This document shows positions 49,134 to 58,181 of a stretch of DNA of 64,000 bases, piece by piece. This DNA is from a virus (lineage: Duplodnaviria; Heunggongvirae; Uroviricota; Caudoviricetes): IMG/VR virus record IMGVR_UViG_2639762884_000001. One strand, written 5' to 3'. Position 1 is the stretch's first letter. Every line of letters begins with the position of its first letter. The notes under the pieces are model-generated. The model did no database searches. It had not been told where the DNA came from and saw nothing but the letters and a program-made list of their open reading frames with translations. A program made the position numbers and the translations under genes.

Positions 49134-49802
49134 ATGACCAAGATCTTTGTGGTTGGCGGCACAAAGGGCGGGCCTGGCAAATCCACCGTTGCCCAGCAAA
49201 TTGCCGTTTGCCTGAAAGTCAAAAAGAAGAAGAAGGTTTATATCACCGATATAGATATTCAGCGCACGACAACGAGCTGGTGTGAAGACCGTCGACAGAA
49301 CGAAGATCTTGAGCTGATTCCTTTTGCATACGTTCAAGATGACATCATTAAGCACCTAAAATCGCTTCAGGGTAGAGCTGAGTATGTAGTGGTAGATGCT
49401 GGTGGCTTTGACTCCGAAATTCAGCGACAAGCGATGCTGATGGCCGACGTTATCATTATCCCGCTGCGTCCTAAGCGTCGTGATTTGAAATCTTTACGTG
49501 ACATCGATCCTATTATCGACAATGTTCGCAATGTAAACGACAAAGTGAAAGTCCGCGCGGTCATGAACCAATGCCCGGCTTTGCCATCACAAGTGTCTCG
49601 CATTCTAGCGGCTAAAGAGATTGTCGAGACGTTTGGCATCGAGTCTGCGCCAGTCAATCTATATAACCGCAACGTCTATGATGATGCGGAAGAGTCTGGT
49701 CGTTCTATCTTTGAAATGACCGGTAGCGAGCGCGACAAAAAGGCGGAAGCCGAGTTTGAAGAATTTGTAGATTATCTGTTGAGTCTGGAGGAAGAAGAAT
49801 AA
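49134..49802 (+). CDS. ParA/MinD-family partition ATPase (small type)
   Basis: Deviant Walker A GGTKGGPGKST, VVVDAGG Walker B-like region; 222 aa. Confidence 0.8.
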   Translation: MTKIFVVGGTKGGPGKSTVAQQIAVCLKVKKKKKVYITDIDIQRTTTSWCEDRRQNEDLELIPFAYVQDDIIKHLKSLQGRAEYVVVDAGGFDSEIQRQAMLMADVIIIPLRPKRRDLKSLRDIDPIIDNVRNVNDKVKVRAVMNQCPALPSQVSRILAAKEIVETFGIESAPVNLYNRNVYDDAEESGRSIFEMTGSERDKKAEAEFEEFVDYLLSLEEEE

Positions 49803-50161
49803 TGTCCATGAAAATGGGTGACCTAGCAAAGCGCAAAGAGCCTGATGCACCGGCTAAGAACACAACTCCTTTGCGCCAACCAATCAGACCACAGGGACGC
49901 CCGACTCGTGGCAAAGAGAAAATTAAAAGCCGCACGATGTCACTGGAAGACGAATACTTCGAACTGCTGGAGATGATGAAGTTCATCCCTCGCTTCGAGA
50001 AGTTCACCCGTTCTGACGTGATTCGCGCAGCCATTTTCCATCTGGCAGAGAAGTCACCGCAGGAAATCGAGGACATCGTGAAACTTAACGAGGCGATCAC
50101 TGCTGCCGATGTCACGATGCGTACCGATGAAATTAAACGCGAGTTAATGAAGAAAGGTTGA
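49802..50161 (+). CDS. small partition-associated DNA-binding protein (ParG/ParB-like, putative)
   Basis: 119 aa, basic disordered N-terminus and helical C-terminus; translationally coupled to the ParA-like gene (TAATG). Confidence 0.5.
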   Translation: MSMKMGDLAKRKEPDAPAKNTTPLRQPIRPQGRPTRGKEKIKSRTMSLEDEYFELLEMMKFIPRFEKFTRSDVIRAAIFHLAEKSPQEIEDIVKLNEAITAADVTMRTDEIKRELMKKG

Positions 50162-50221
50162 TATAAATCTCTAAGGCTGGTCTGCATTGGACAGCCTTAG
50201 AAATATTTCGTTCTATGAAAG

Positions 50222-51295
50222 CTATTCGTAGTTAAGCTCACCGAACAGACTGAACATCAAGTCACCATCCAAAATTTCAAAGGGCAACTCGACATACTCA
50301 TCCTTATGTCTCGGAATTGCGTTGCCGTCGTTAGGGGCATTCTTGGTATAACCTTTTACATGTTTACCGTTTTCTTTTGTATACGGCAGCACGACAATTC
50401 GACCGTGATTTTTTGAAATGATAGTTCCTTCTTTCCAGAGCGTATTGCCTCTTGAGGTGGTTTCGCTTTCGCTAGCAACTTTAACACTCCAACCTACCTG
50501 ATTTTTGTCCTCAAACCAGAAAACAAAGTTGCCAACAACCAGTACCTTTTGCCCATTCCTGAGAGCTTCATCCAGCATTCTTTTTACGCTGGCGAGTTGC
50601 AGTAACCGGTTAGCACGCGGCAGAAGCATTGAGCGAATAGTCGCTTTTGTTTTTCCCCAATGTGCAGCGCCTGATAAACCAAAACCTCTGGCTATGCGTT
50701 CTTGGTAGCAGATCTTCGCTGTCTTAGCTTTGTTGTTATATGAACATTCCCAAGTGTTAGGAGCAACGAGTTGAAGTGAAACTTGGAATTTGGGAAGAAA
50801 AACAAAATGTAAGTAAGGCATCTCGCTTAGCACGTCAAAAAGGGGTTGACGCAAAGTTTCGTAATCTGGGTTAATTATTAACTCATTTAATGTCACTCGC
50901 GGATCGTTGGCGTGTGCCTTAATTGCTTCGTTGAGCATTATATGCTCTTCATCCATGAGACGTGATTTGGCTTTGAGTGCTTTGTCAACTTTCAAACGCA
51001 ATGACTTCTTTTGAAACATAGATAGAGGAAGTTTTTCAATGTCAAAGCTCACGTTTTTATTCAGCTCTAATGCCGCTTTTCTTGCTTCAGGATAGTTATC
51101 GTAGTCGTCATCAAAAGCGTGGTTTGGCATACCACGATCAACATATCGCCGATACCAAGCAAGGGTTCCATCATTACGGAGTTTCAGACAGAACATCGAC
51201 CATTTATTCCGTTCATATTTAGGCTGAGGCCAAAAAGCCAGTTCGGGAAGGCCATATCCTGGAAGTCTATTCATGCGCATGGTGACAATATCCAC
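50222..51295 (-). CDS. hypothetical protein (357 aa)
   Basis: Long ORF convergent with the partition genes; no motif recognised. Confidence 0.5.
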   Translation of the reverse strand: MDIVTMRMNRLPGYGLPELAFWPQPKYERNKWSMFCLKLRNDGTLAWYRRYVDRGMPNHAFDDDYDNYPEARKAALELNKNVSFDIEKLPLSMFQKKSLRLKVDKALKAKSRLMDEEHIMLNEAIKAHANDPRVTLNELIINPDYETLRQPLFDVLSEMPYLHFVFLPKFQVSLQLVAPNTWECSYNNKAKTAKICYQERIARGFGLSGAAHWGKTKATIRSMLLPRANRLLQLASVKRMLDEALRNGQKVLVVGNFVFWFEDKNQVGWSVKVASESETTSRGNTLWKEGTIISKNHGRIVVLPYTKENGKHVKGYTKNAPNDGNAIPRHKDEYVELPFEILDGDLMFSLFGELNYE

Positions 51296-51399
51296 GAGGC
51301 TAAAACACTGATTCTAACATGATCTCCCTTGATAAATCTGTCAATGACATAGCATCTGGGGTTGGAGTCAAATTATGTTGTTCTTGGTATCCATTAGGA

Positions 51400-51455
51400 G
51401 CCTGTTTCTGTATATAAATAATAAGTAACTTATTAAATATATACGGAAGCAGGTC
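51400..51455. repeat. 57-bp imperfect palindromic element, copy 2
   Basis: gcctgtttctgtatataaataataagtaacttattaaatatatacggaagcaggtc; copy of 19401-19457. Confidence 0.8.
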
Positions 51456-51536
51456 TTTTAAAAGACACCACCAGACCAACTCCCTTCCGTTTTCACTTCC
51501 AAAAACTGACACCAGTCGCTATCATCCGCTCATTGT

Positions 51537-51557
51537 GATAAGTAAGTAACTACCTAC
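51537..51557. promoter_or_regulatory. class B motif (GATAAGTAAGTAACTACCTAC)
   Basis: Immediately upstream of 51561. Confidence 0.45.
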
Positions 51558-51560
51558 CAG

Positions 51561-52310
51561 GTGAGCCACATGAGCCAAATCTTTTTCGATACCATCGACA
51601 ACGACCAGTACGACTTCATGACAGAGTGGAATACCGCTGTTATGGACAAGTGGGTCGCTGAAAACATTGGTTTGTCGCGCTGTAAAGACGAGGCTGAACT
51701 CTTCGAGACGAAGTGGTTTGATTACCGCGACATGCATCCTCTGATGGCCACCTGTCTATTTACGGAGGCATACAAACGTCAGTACTCAAATATCATGCTG
51801 ACGCACGGTCGCGAACACTTTGAAACAGCTCCGTTCACCACCGGGTTAAAACGCCTGCCTTATCAGGAGTTGTCGACTGCCAATAAAACGTCGCTATGGA
51901 AAGCACGCCAGTTTGCTGACCGCTATTGCTGCTCATACGACTACTTTATCTCCACCGTTCTTTCCGCAGCTGCACGACGACTGTGGGACAAGCTGCCGCG
52001 TCCGCAGCATTTGTGGCAGCCAGAACTGATTGAGATATTTGAAGATAAATTAGCCAGACGCGCAACAACCCGTCTGGATGACTCTCTGGTTAGCTTTAAG
52101 CATATGGGAGACATGCAGTTCAACCCGATTCAGGAAAGCTATTTTGAGTGGATTCTGGAGCGTTTACGCGCCATCCCCCGCAGCAAGCGCATACGCGCAA
52201 TTTTCTCCGCTATCTGGCTAATGGAAATCGTTCCAGAGCGCCTTATTTCCGCCCACTTTCCAGAAGAACTGGAAGAAGCACGGCGGTTTATTGATCCCCT
52301 ATCTAATTAA
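51561..52310 (+). CDS. hypothetical protein (about 246 aa) at the head of the replication gene block
   Basis: Track start is GTG 51561; ATG at 51570 is an alternative. Confidence 0.5.
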   Translation: MSHMSQIFFDTIDNDQYDFMTEWNTAVMDKWVAENIGLSRCKDEAELFETKWFDYRDMHPLMATCLFTEAYKRQYSNIMLTHGREHFETAPFTTGLKRLPYQELSTANKTSLWKARQFADRYCCSYDYFISTVLSAAARRLWDKLPRPQHLWQPELIEIFEDKLARRATTRLDDSLVSFKHMGDMQFNPIQESYFEWILERLRAIPRSKRIRAIFSAIWLMEIVPERLISAHFPEELEEARRFIDPLSN

Positions 52311-52320
52311 CTAATACTAG

Positions 52321-52334
52321 AAAACAATTTGTTT
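52321..52334. promoter_or_regulatory. class A palindrome (AAAACAATTTGTTT)
   Basis: 20 nt upstream of the DnaB-like helicase ATG. Confidence 0.55.
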
Positions 52335-52353
52335 AAAAAACAAAGGAAAGCAC

Positions 52354-53694
52354 ATGACCGAACTTTGCCATACAGGACGCGGGCTGTCCGAAGAGTTTGA
52401 TGAAGATTTCCAGAACAGACTGACGGCATATTTTTGTCGTGATCACGAGTTTCTTACTCGTGCGGGAGATCTGGTTGTGCCTAGCCAATTTGCCAATGCG
52501 GCCAATGCCATATTGGTTAATATGGTTTCGGGCTATTACCGTATGTACAAGAGCGCGCCCTCTTCATCTGCAATTCTGGATATGCTTAAGCGTGCGAAAC
52601 GCGATAAGACTATCCGTGAGGAACTATTCGCCGATGTTGTTGCTGCGTTTAAGCGCATCCTTGCAGAAAAATTGTCCGATACCTCGTACATGGTTGACCA
52701 GGTATCAACCTTCGCAAAAAGCGTAGCGTTTGATGATGCTCTGATTAAGGCTGCTGAACTGAAAGAGAAAGGCGACTTTCAGGGGGCGATGGCAATCATG
52801 GCCAAGGTTCAGCAGATTGGATCGAACGAAGCGACCGGAATCTATGACTACTACACCTCCGCAAGTGAGCGATTGAAAGCGCGTGAATATGAGGCTTCAG
52901 AGGAGTATGTGCCAAACAGCATTACAACTGGACTCCCTCTGCTCGATAGGTTGTTGTACCAAAAAGGCTGGGCGAAGCGTGAAATGGTGCTCTTCATGGG
53001 GTTCGCTAAATCCGGTAAATCGACCGCAATGGGTGAGTTTTCCATAAACGCAACGCTTGCTGGCTACAATGTTCTGTATCTCTCGCTGGAGGTTCACACC
53101 ACCATTTTATCCGACCGTTTTGATGCAAGATTGTCGGAGACAGAAATGTCCAAGCTAGTGGAACGGCGCGATGAGGTTCATCGTAAGTTGGCAGAGTTGG
53201 GAGCCACGAAGGGGATTGGTAGTTTGTGGGTGGTTGAGCGTCCGTCAGGAAGTATGTCACCGGCAGATCTGGACCGTATGCTTAACAGCATGAAAGCCAA
53301 CGGCATGGTGCCTGACATGGTTGTTGTCGACTACGCAGATTTGATGCGTGCCAGTTATGACCTTCGTGATGATCGCGCCAACATTCGTAGTATCTACACC
53401 GATTTACGTGCTCTTTATGACAAACATAACGTTGCTGGAATCACGGCATCGCAGACAAACCGTGAAGGTGGCGCGTCAGAAGTTGCCACAATGATGCACG
53501 CCGCCGACAACATCGAAAAAGTACGTATTGCTGACCTGGTAATAACGATCAACAAAACCGAAGAAGAAGAAGCGAAAGGAGAGGCTCGTCTCTACTTTGC
53601 TGGTTCACGTAACCAGCAGGGAGGGATCAGCATTCGCGTTAAACAAAACCTCGAACAAATGCGCTTCATTGAGCGAATCTTAGACGTTACCTAA
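52354..53694 (+). CDS. DnaB-family replicative helicase
   Basis: RecA-like C-terminal domain with Walker A GFAKSGKST, VVDYADLM, SQTNREG; N-terminal helical domain. Confidence 0.85.
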   Translation: MTELCHTGRGLSEEFDEDFQNRLTAYFCRDHEFLTRAGDLVVPSQFANAANAILVNMVSGYYRMYKSAPSSSAILDMLKRAKRDKTIREELFADVVAAFKRILAEKLSDTSYMVDQVSTFAKSVAFDDALIKAAELKEKGDFQGAMAIMAKVQQIGSNEATGIYDYYTSASERLKAREYEASEEYVPNSITTGLPLLDRLLYQKGWAKREMVLFMGFAKSGKSTAMGEFSINATLAGYNVLYLSLEVHTTILSDRFDARLSETEMSKLVERRDEVHRKLAELGATKGIGSLWVVERPSGSMSPADLDRMLNSMKANGMVPDMVVVDYADLMRASYDLRDDRANIRSIYTDLRALYDKHNVAGITASQTNREGGASEVATMMHAADNIEKVRIADLVITINKTEEEEAKGEARLYFAGSRNQQGGISIRVKQNLEQMRFIERILDVT

Positions 53695-53775
53695 AAAATA
53701 AGCGTGGAGAACACCTCCACGCTTGATTCATTGGTGAAACAACTTTTCTTTTGCCAAACCACAAAAGAAAAACAC

Positions 53776-54957
53776 ATGAGCCTTTATGTTATATCAACAT
53801 TTAGGTTGGTCACAATATTGCCTGTTAAAAGTGGAATTATCGTGAGCGAGCTGAAAGAGCTAATTACCGAATTAGATTTTGAACAATGGTTGGACACTGA
53901 AGGTATCGTTTATCGACGTGGAGGCGTGAGTGCTCGCGGTCGTGAAGTGAATATCAAGGAGTGTCCGGTATGCGGCAGCTCCAACTGGAAGGTATATTTC
54001 AATCTGACCAGTGGCGTCGGCAAATGCTTCGCTGGTGATCATCCCGAAGAGATTCAGTTCAATAAGCTGGTCTTCCTCAAGCACTACAGCGGTAAATCAC
54101 GACGACAGTTCGAGGAATATGTGCAGAACGCTCTTCTTTCCCAGGGGTGGGCACCAAAGAAAGAAGAGATAGTGCTTACAAGCACAGTCGAGTTAGAGGG
54201 ACCACTTGCACTCCCTCGTCATTACGAACTTCCTATAGATGGCCGTCTTCCAGACTATCTGGTTGAACGAAACATATCGCCTGAAATGGCAAAGTATTTT
54301 GACCTACGATACTGCGTCGAAGGCAAGCACGCTTATGTAGATCCGTATACAGATCAGGTAAAAGGACAGATATTCGATATGCGAGTACTGATACCGGTTT
54401 ACGATCTGGATGGGGTAATGAAGACATTTCAGGGACGAGACATTACCGGTACAGCAGACCGCCGCTACCTCTTTCCTATGCAGCTTCCAGCTTCAGGTAA
54501 GTTTCTCTACAACGGCCATAATGCAGTTGGCAAACAGACTGTAGTTGTCTGTGAGGGGGCGTTCGATGTTATGGGAGTTAAACGAGCTATTTTTGACGAA
54601 GAAACATTACGTGATTACGTGGAACCAATAGGAACGTTCGGGATGCATCTATCTGGCAACACCACTCAGGATGCAGAAGATCAGCTGGGCGCGTTCCTGA
54701 CGCTCAAGGCGCGTGGATTACGTAATGTGATCATGATGTGGGATAGTGAAAAGCAAGCTATACGCAACACTATGGCCGCAGCCAGGCGACTCACAAGTAT
54801 TGGTCTTAATGTCAAAGTTGCGTGTTTGGGCGAGGAAGGACTCGACCCCGGCGATGCGACACCGGGGCAGATTATCAAAGCCTACTATTGCGCAAAACCT
54901 TATTCACGACAGCTTGAACTCTTAAGCAAGGTGAAAGGCATTGCAGCACTAGTTTGA
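53776..54957 (+). CDS. DNA primase (zinc-finger plus TOPRIM)
   Basis: CPVCGSSNW...GKCFAGDH zinc ribbon and VVVCEGAFD TOPRIM-like motif; the start is uncertain (track 53704). Confidence 0.75.
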   Translation: MSLYVISTFRLVTILPVKSGIIVSELKELITELDFEQWLDTEGIVYRRGGVSARGREVNIKECPVCGSSNWKVYFNLTSGVGKCFAGDHPEEIQFNKLVFLKHYSGKSRRQFEEYVQNALLSQGWAPKKEEIVLTSTVELEGPLALPRHYELPIDGRLPDYLVERNISPEMAKYFDLRYCVEGKHAYVDPYTDQVKGQIFDMRVLIPVYDLDGVMKTFQGRDITGTADRRYLFPMQLPASGKFLYNGHNAVGKQTVVVCEGAFDVMGVKRAIFDEETLRDYVEPIGTFGMHLSGNTTQDAEDQLGAFLTLKARGLRNVIMMWDSEKQAIRNTMAAARRLTSIGLNVKVACLGEEGLDPGDATPGQIIKAYYCAKPYSRQLELLSKVKGIAALV

Positions 54958-56094
54958 ACCAGTATTAGTCACATACACATTGACCGAAAATGATTTAACT
55001 TCTGTATTGAAGTTGTCAGTCATTACCGCGAGGTAGGCATTCTTGGTATCTCTGAATTGCTTCAGGATGATTTGAACGTTATCGGTGCAAACAAACGAGG
55101 TAGCCAGATTGCCTCCTTTCTCTGAAAAATCCTTCAGGAAGGTGCAGTCAACTTTGCCATCATTAGCGGTGAAGGTAGCATCATCACCCTGCCAGGTAAA
55201 TGTAGCGTTAACGCCCTTATCAATGGATTTAGCAATAAGTCGCTGGGTGGCGGATTTTGTTTTGGCTTTGGAAGCCGGCGCTCGATATTTGCCGCTTTCT
55301 TTCAGTTCTGCAATGTAATCGCAGCCTCTTTTTTCTCCTTTATCGCAAGCAGTCTGATAAAGGTCGGCTGCTTTTTTATAGTCCTTTTTTACACCTTCCC
55401 CATTCTCATACATAATGCCAAGATTGGTTATGGCGTCGGCGTTTCCAAGTTCCGCTGCCTTTTTATACCACTTAACTGCTTCTGCATCATTGCGTTTAAC
55501 GCCTAACCCATCATCGTATAGTATTCCTAATCCTATCATAGCTTCTGAACTGCCTTGGTCTGCCGCCTTTTTGTAATAAGTAAAAGCCTTTTTATAATTC
55601 TTTTTAACGCCTTTACCATATTGGTAATACGCCCCAAGAACTGAAGTTGCTTTAACATACCCGGCATCAGAGGCTAGTTTGAAGTATTTAATGGCGAGTG
55701 CATGATCTACTTTACCAAGCATCCCCTTTTGATAAATAGCACCAAGATTGTTGTAGGCTCTACCTTCACGAGCATCCCCCGCAAGTTTGTAGTACTCAAC
55801 AGCTTTATTTAGGTCTTTATCTACACCCTCGCCAAATGTGTACATAACTCCAAGTGCATAATATGCTACTTTATCTCCCTTTTCTGCAGCTAGATCAATC
55901 CACTTCTTGGCCTCAACTACATCCTTATCAAAACCATTGACACCATCAAAATAATTTGTACCTAACTCACTTTGTGCTGCGGTATCCCCTGCGGTAGCGG
56001 CTTCTATCAGCGTTTGTTTATTGTCTGCGTTAACGAATCCAGAGTTAAAAAGCAAAGTTAATGCCAGCAACGATGAAGATTTTATGTATTTCAT
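54949..56094 (-). CDS. secreted Sel1-like repeat (SLR/TPR-like) protein
   Basis: Signal peptide MKYIKSSSLLALTLLFNSGFVNA; at least eight roughly 36-aa repeats of type A..Y.KAA.QG...A...LG..Y..G.GV.KD. Confidence 0.75.
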   Translation of the reverse strand: MKYIKSSSLLALTLLFNSGFVNADNKQTLIEAATAGDTAAQSELGTNYFDGVNGFDKDVVEAKKWIDLAAEKGDKVAYYALGVMYTFGEGVDKDLNKAVEYYKLAGDAREGRAYNNLGAIYQKGMLGKVDHALAIKYFKLASDAGYVKATSVLGAYYQYGKGVKKNYKKAFTYYKKAADQGSSEAMIGLGILYDDGLGVKRNDAEAVKWYKKAAELGNADAITNLGIMYENGEGVKKDYKKAADLYQTACDKGEKRGCDYIAELKESGKYRAPASKAKTKSATQRLIAKSIDKGVNATFTWQGDDATFTANDGKVDCTFLKDFSEKGGNLATSFVCTDNVQIILKQFRDTKNAYLAVMTDNFNTEVKSFSVNVYVTNTGSN

Positions 56095-56327
56095 GTTTTT
56101 TTTTCTGTTGATATAGGATGAACAGTTTAGACGCGGCAAGCGTCAAGTGTGCGAAAAAGGGTACTTAAATTTAGTTAATATGTCAGCTTTGTTGATTTAG
56201 TTTAAGGTCGGTAAAGTTACTGGGAAACTAATAACCATAAGAAATAGTACGCCATTTAATTATTGTGGCACTGCTCGTGTTTTGATTAACTAATACCTGC
56301 GATAAATATAAATAAAGGGAAGCCAAC

Positions 56328-56741
56328 ATGAGCAAAAATAAGCTGATTTTAACAGGAGCTTTATTGTCTTTGTTTGCTTTAGTGGGGTGTAAGCCTACAG
56401 ACGAGAAGGCTATTGCTCTGGGCCAACAAGCAATTGCGGATGATATGAAAGATCCCACGTCGGTGATGTTTAGGAAAGATAAGTTTGTCAGGACTGATCA
56501 TGACGATGGGAGTGTGACAGGCTTTGTGTGCGGAGAATTGAACGCCAAAAATGGCTTTGGTGCATACGTGGGCTATCACTCATATGTTGTTGAACTCGAA
56601 ATGAAACCAAAGGGCATGTTTTCGAAAGGGGTGGTATACAAAATCCTATCGAAGTCGTTGGCACCTAATGATCCTCATGACTTACAGCGTTATAAGCAGG
56701 TCTACAGAAAGATGTGCAACAGTGAGGCTGTAGCTCATTAA
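56328..56741 (+). CDS. putative lipoprotein
   Basis: MSKNKLILTGALLSLFALVGC lipobox signal peptide; AAAGGGAAG RBS. Confidence 0.6.
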   Translation: MSKNKLILTGALLSLFALVGCKPTDEKAIALGQQAIADDMKDPTSVMFRKDKFVRTDHDDGSVTGFVCGELNAKNGFGAYVGYHSYVVELEMKPKGMFSKGVVYKILSKSLAPNDPHDLQRYKQVYRKMCNSEAVAH

Positions 56742-56804
56742 TGGTGAATGCCGGGCAGACTATAAGCCCGGCATCTTCGTATAGGGAACTATTGCGCCTA
56801 AAAT

Positions 56805-56825
56805 GATAAGTAGATACATACTTAG
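56805..56825. promoter_or_regulatory. class B motif (GATAAGTAGATACATACTTAG)
   Basis: Intergenic, upstream of 56867. Confidence 0.45.
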
Positions 56826-56866
56826 TTTTTTGTAAGAATACTTTCATCTGTTAGCTAGGAGTTGGT

Positions 56867-57643
56867 ATGAAAGACGAAATTCAGAAATTGGCCTGTGACA
56901 TCATTGATAAAACAGGTTTAGAAATCAGCGAGGGCAGTCGACTAGACATCATTGGAAAGGCCGTCAATACAGCAATGAATCATATCGCTGCTCGTATGGA
57001 CGAGATCCCGCTACCAGGGTTGCCTTATCTGAAAGTTGAGTTACACGTATGGGGCGAACCTTCTTGTGCACGGCGTTCTGCATTAGTTGTTTTTATTAGC
57101 AAAGAAAACCCGCTCAGTCTTAAAGTGCAGGTTGGAGCATGGCTTGATGGCAGAGTGATCTACACAAATACCGTTTTTTGTCTTTCAAACGACGAAACTA
57201 TTGAAGCGGCCATTCAAGAAGCAGTTCTAGCAATGCGCAGCAGCGGTTTGATGAAGAATAACTACGAAGAGTACTTGCGTTCGATAAGTGGTGAAAAGAC
57301 ATTATCTCTGAAAGCAGATTTCGTTACCCCGAAAAATCTGTTGGAAGTTTTGATTAATAAAGGGGCTAATAGTGCCGTAAATGTAATCAGAGAGAGTGAA
57401 TACGCGTCTCTTTGGGATATGTGCAAAAGCCAGTTGGATCTTGTGCATATCGTTGTTGATGCGGGGAAGGCTTGTGATGGCGTAATGGCGGAATTTGCTG
57501 GGAAGATGGTCAGGATTGCTAACGAATTACCGATGATTAAGCAAGAGGCTAAATCATACGCCACCAATCATATCACAGAGCTTCTTGCCCCTTATCGCTT
57601 AGAAAGCGATCAGCGCAAGATGATTAGCTGGGGAAGTTGGTAA
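56867..57643 (+). CDS. hypothetical protein (258 aa)
   Basis: ORF with GGAG RBS. Confidence 0.5.
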   Translation: MKDEIQKLACDIIDKTGLEISEGSRLDIIGKAVNTAMNHIAARMDEIPLPGLPYLKVELHVWGEPSCARRSALVVFISKENPLSLKVQVGAWLDGRVIYTNTVFCLSNDETIEAAIQEAVLAMRSSGLMKNNYEEYLRSISGEKTLSLKADFVTPKNLLEVLINKGANSAVNVIRESEYASLWDMCKSQLDLVHIVVDAGKACDGVMAEFAGKMVRIANELPMIKQEAKSYATNHITELLAPYRLESDQRKMISWGSW

Positions 57644-57675
57644 GCTCTCTGTGTGTCGTTTTTTACGCAAATAAT

Positions 57676-57688
57676 GATAGGTAAGCAC
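57676..57688. promoter_or_regulatory. class B half motif (GATAGGTAAGCAC)
   Basis: Intergenic, upstream of 57711. Confidence 0.35.
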
Positions 57689-57710
57689 AAGATTATTTCT
57701 GGCGGTAATT

Positions 57711-58181
57711 GTGAAAGCTGATTTGTCAAAAATCCCTTCTATTTCAGGAAATAACGGTTATTCACTTCGTTGTGAGGAAGTAAAGATAAACGGTGAGTCG
57801 GCATATTGCAGCTATTCCGTTTGCCAGCACACCATTCTTGCCTTCAAAGAAAACCGTCTTCCTCGAACTTCTTTCCAGTCGTGCGCAACCGCTATTAAAG
57901 CAGGCAAATGCAAGGCGTTAAAAATGATGGTTGAAGAGATTCGTAAAGGAGAATCTCTGTATTTCGAAGATATGACCGCACTCATTAAGGAGGTTGAAGA
58001 ACGGAATAAACAAGCCAGAACTATAAAACGAAAACGTGACAGTGTAACGATTAGTAGCATGGTTAAGAAGAGCGCCACATCACAAACAGCGATCACTGAC
58101 GTGTATGCGGCGTTGCTTGAAGAAACAACAAAAGAAACACATGAGCAAATCGATCAACATATGGAGGCAAAACAACAATGA
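57711..58181 (+). CDS. hypothetical protein (156 aa)
   Basis: GTG-start ORF; Cys-containing N-terminus and Lys-rich C-terminus. Confidence 0.45.
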   Translation: MKADLSKIPSISGNNGYSLRCEEVKINGESAYCSYSVCQHTILAFKENRLPRTSFQSCATAIKAGKCKALKMMVEEIRKGESLYFEDMTALIKEVEERNKQARTIKRKRDSVTISSMVKKSATSQTAITDVYAALLEETTKETHEQIDQHMEAKQQ

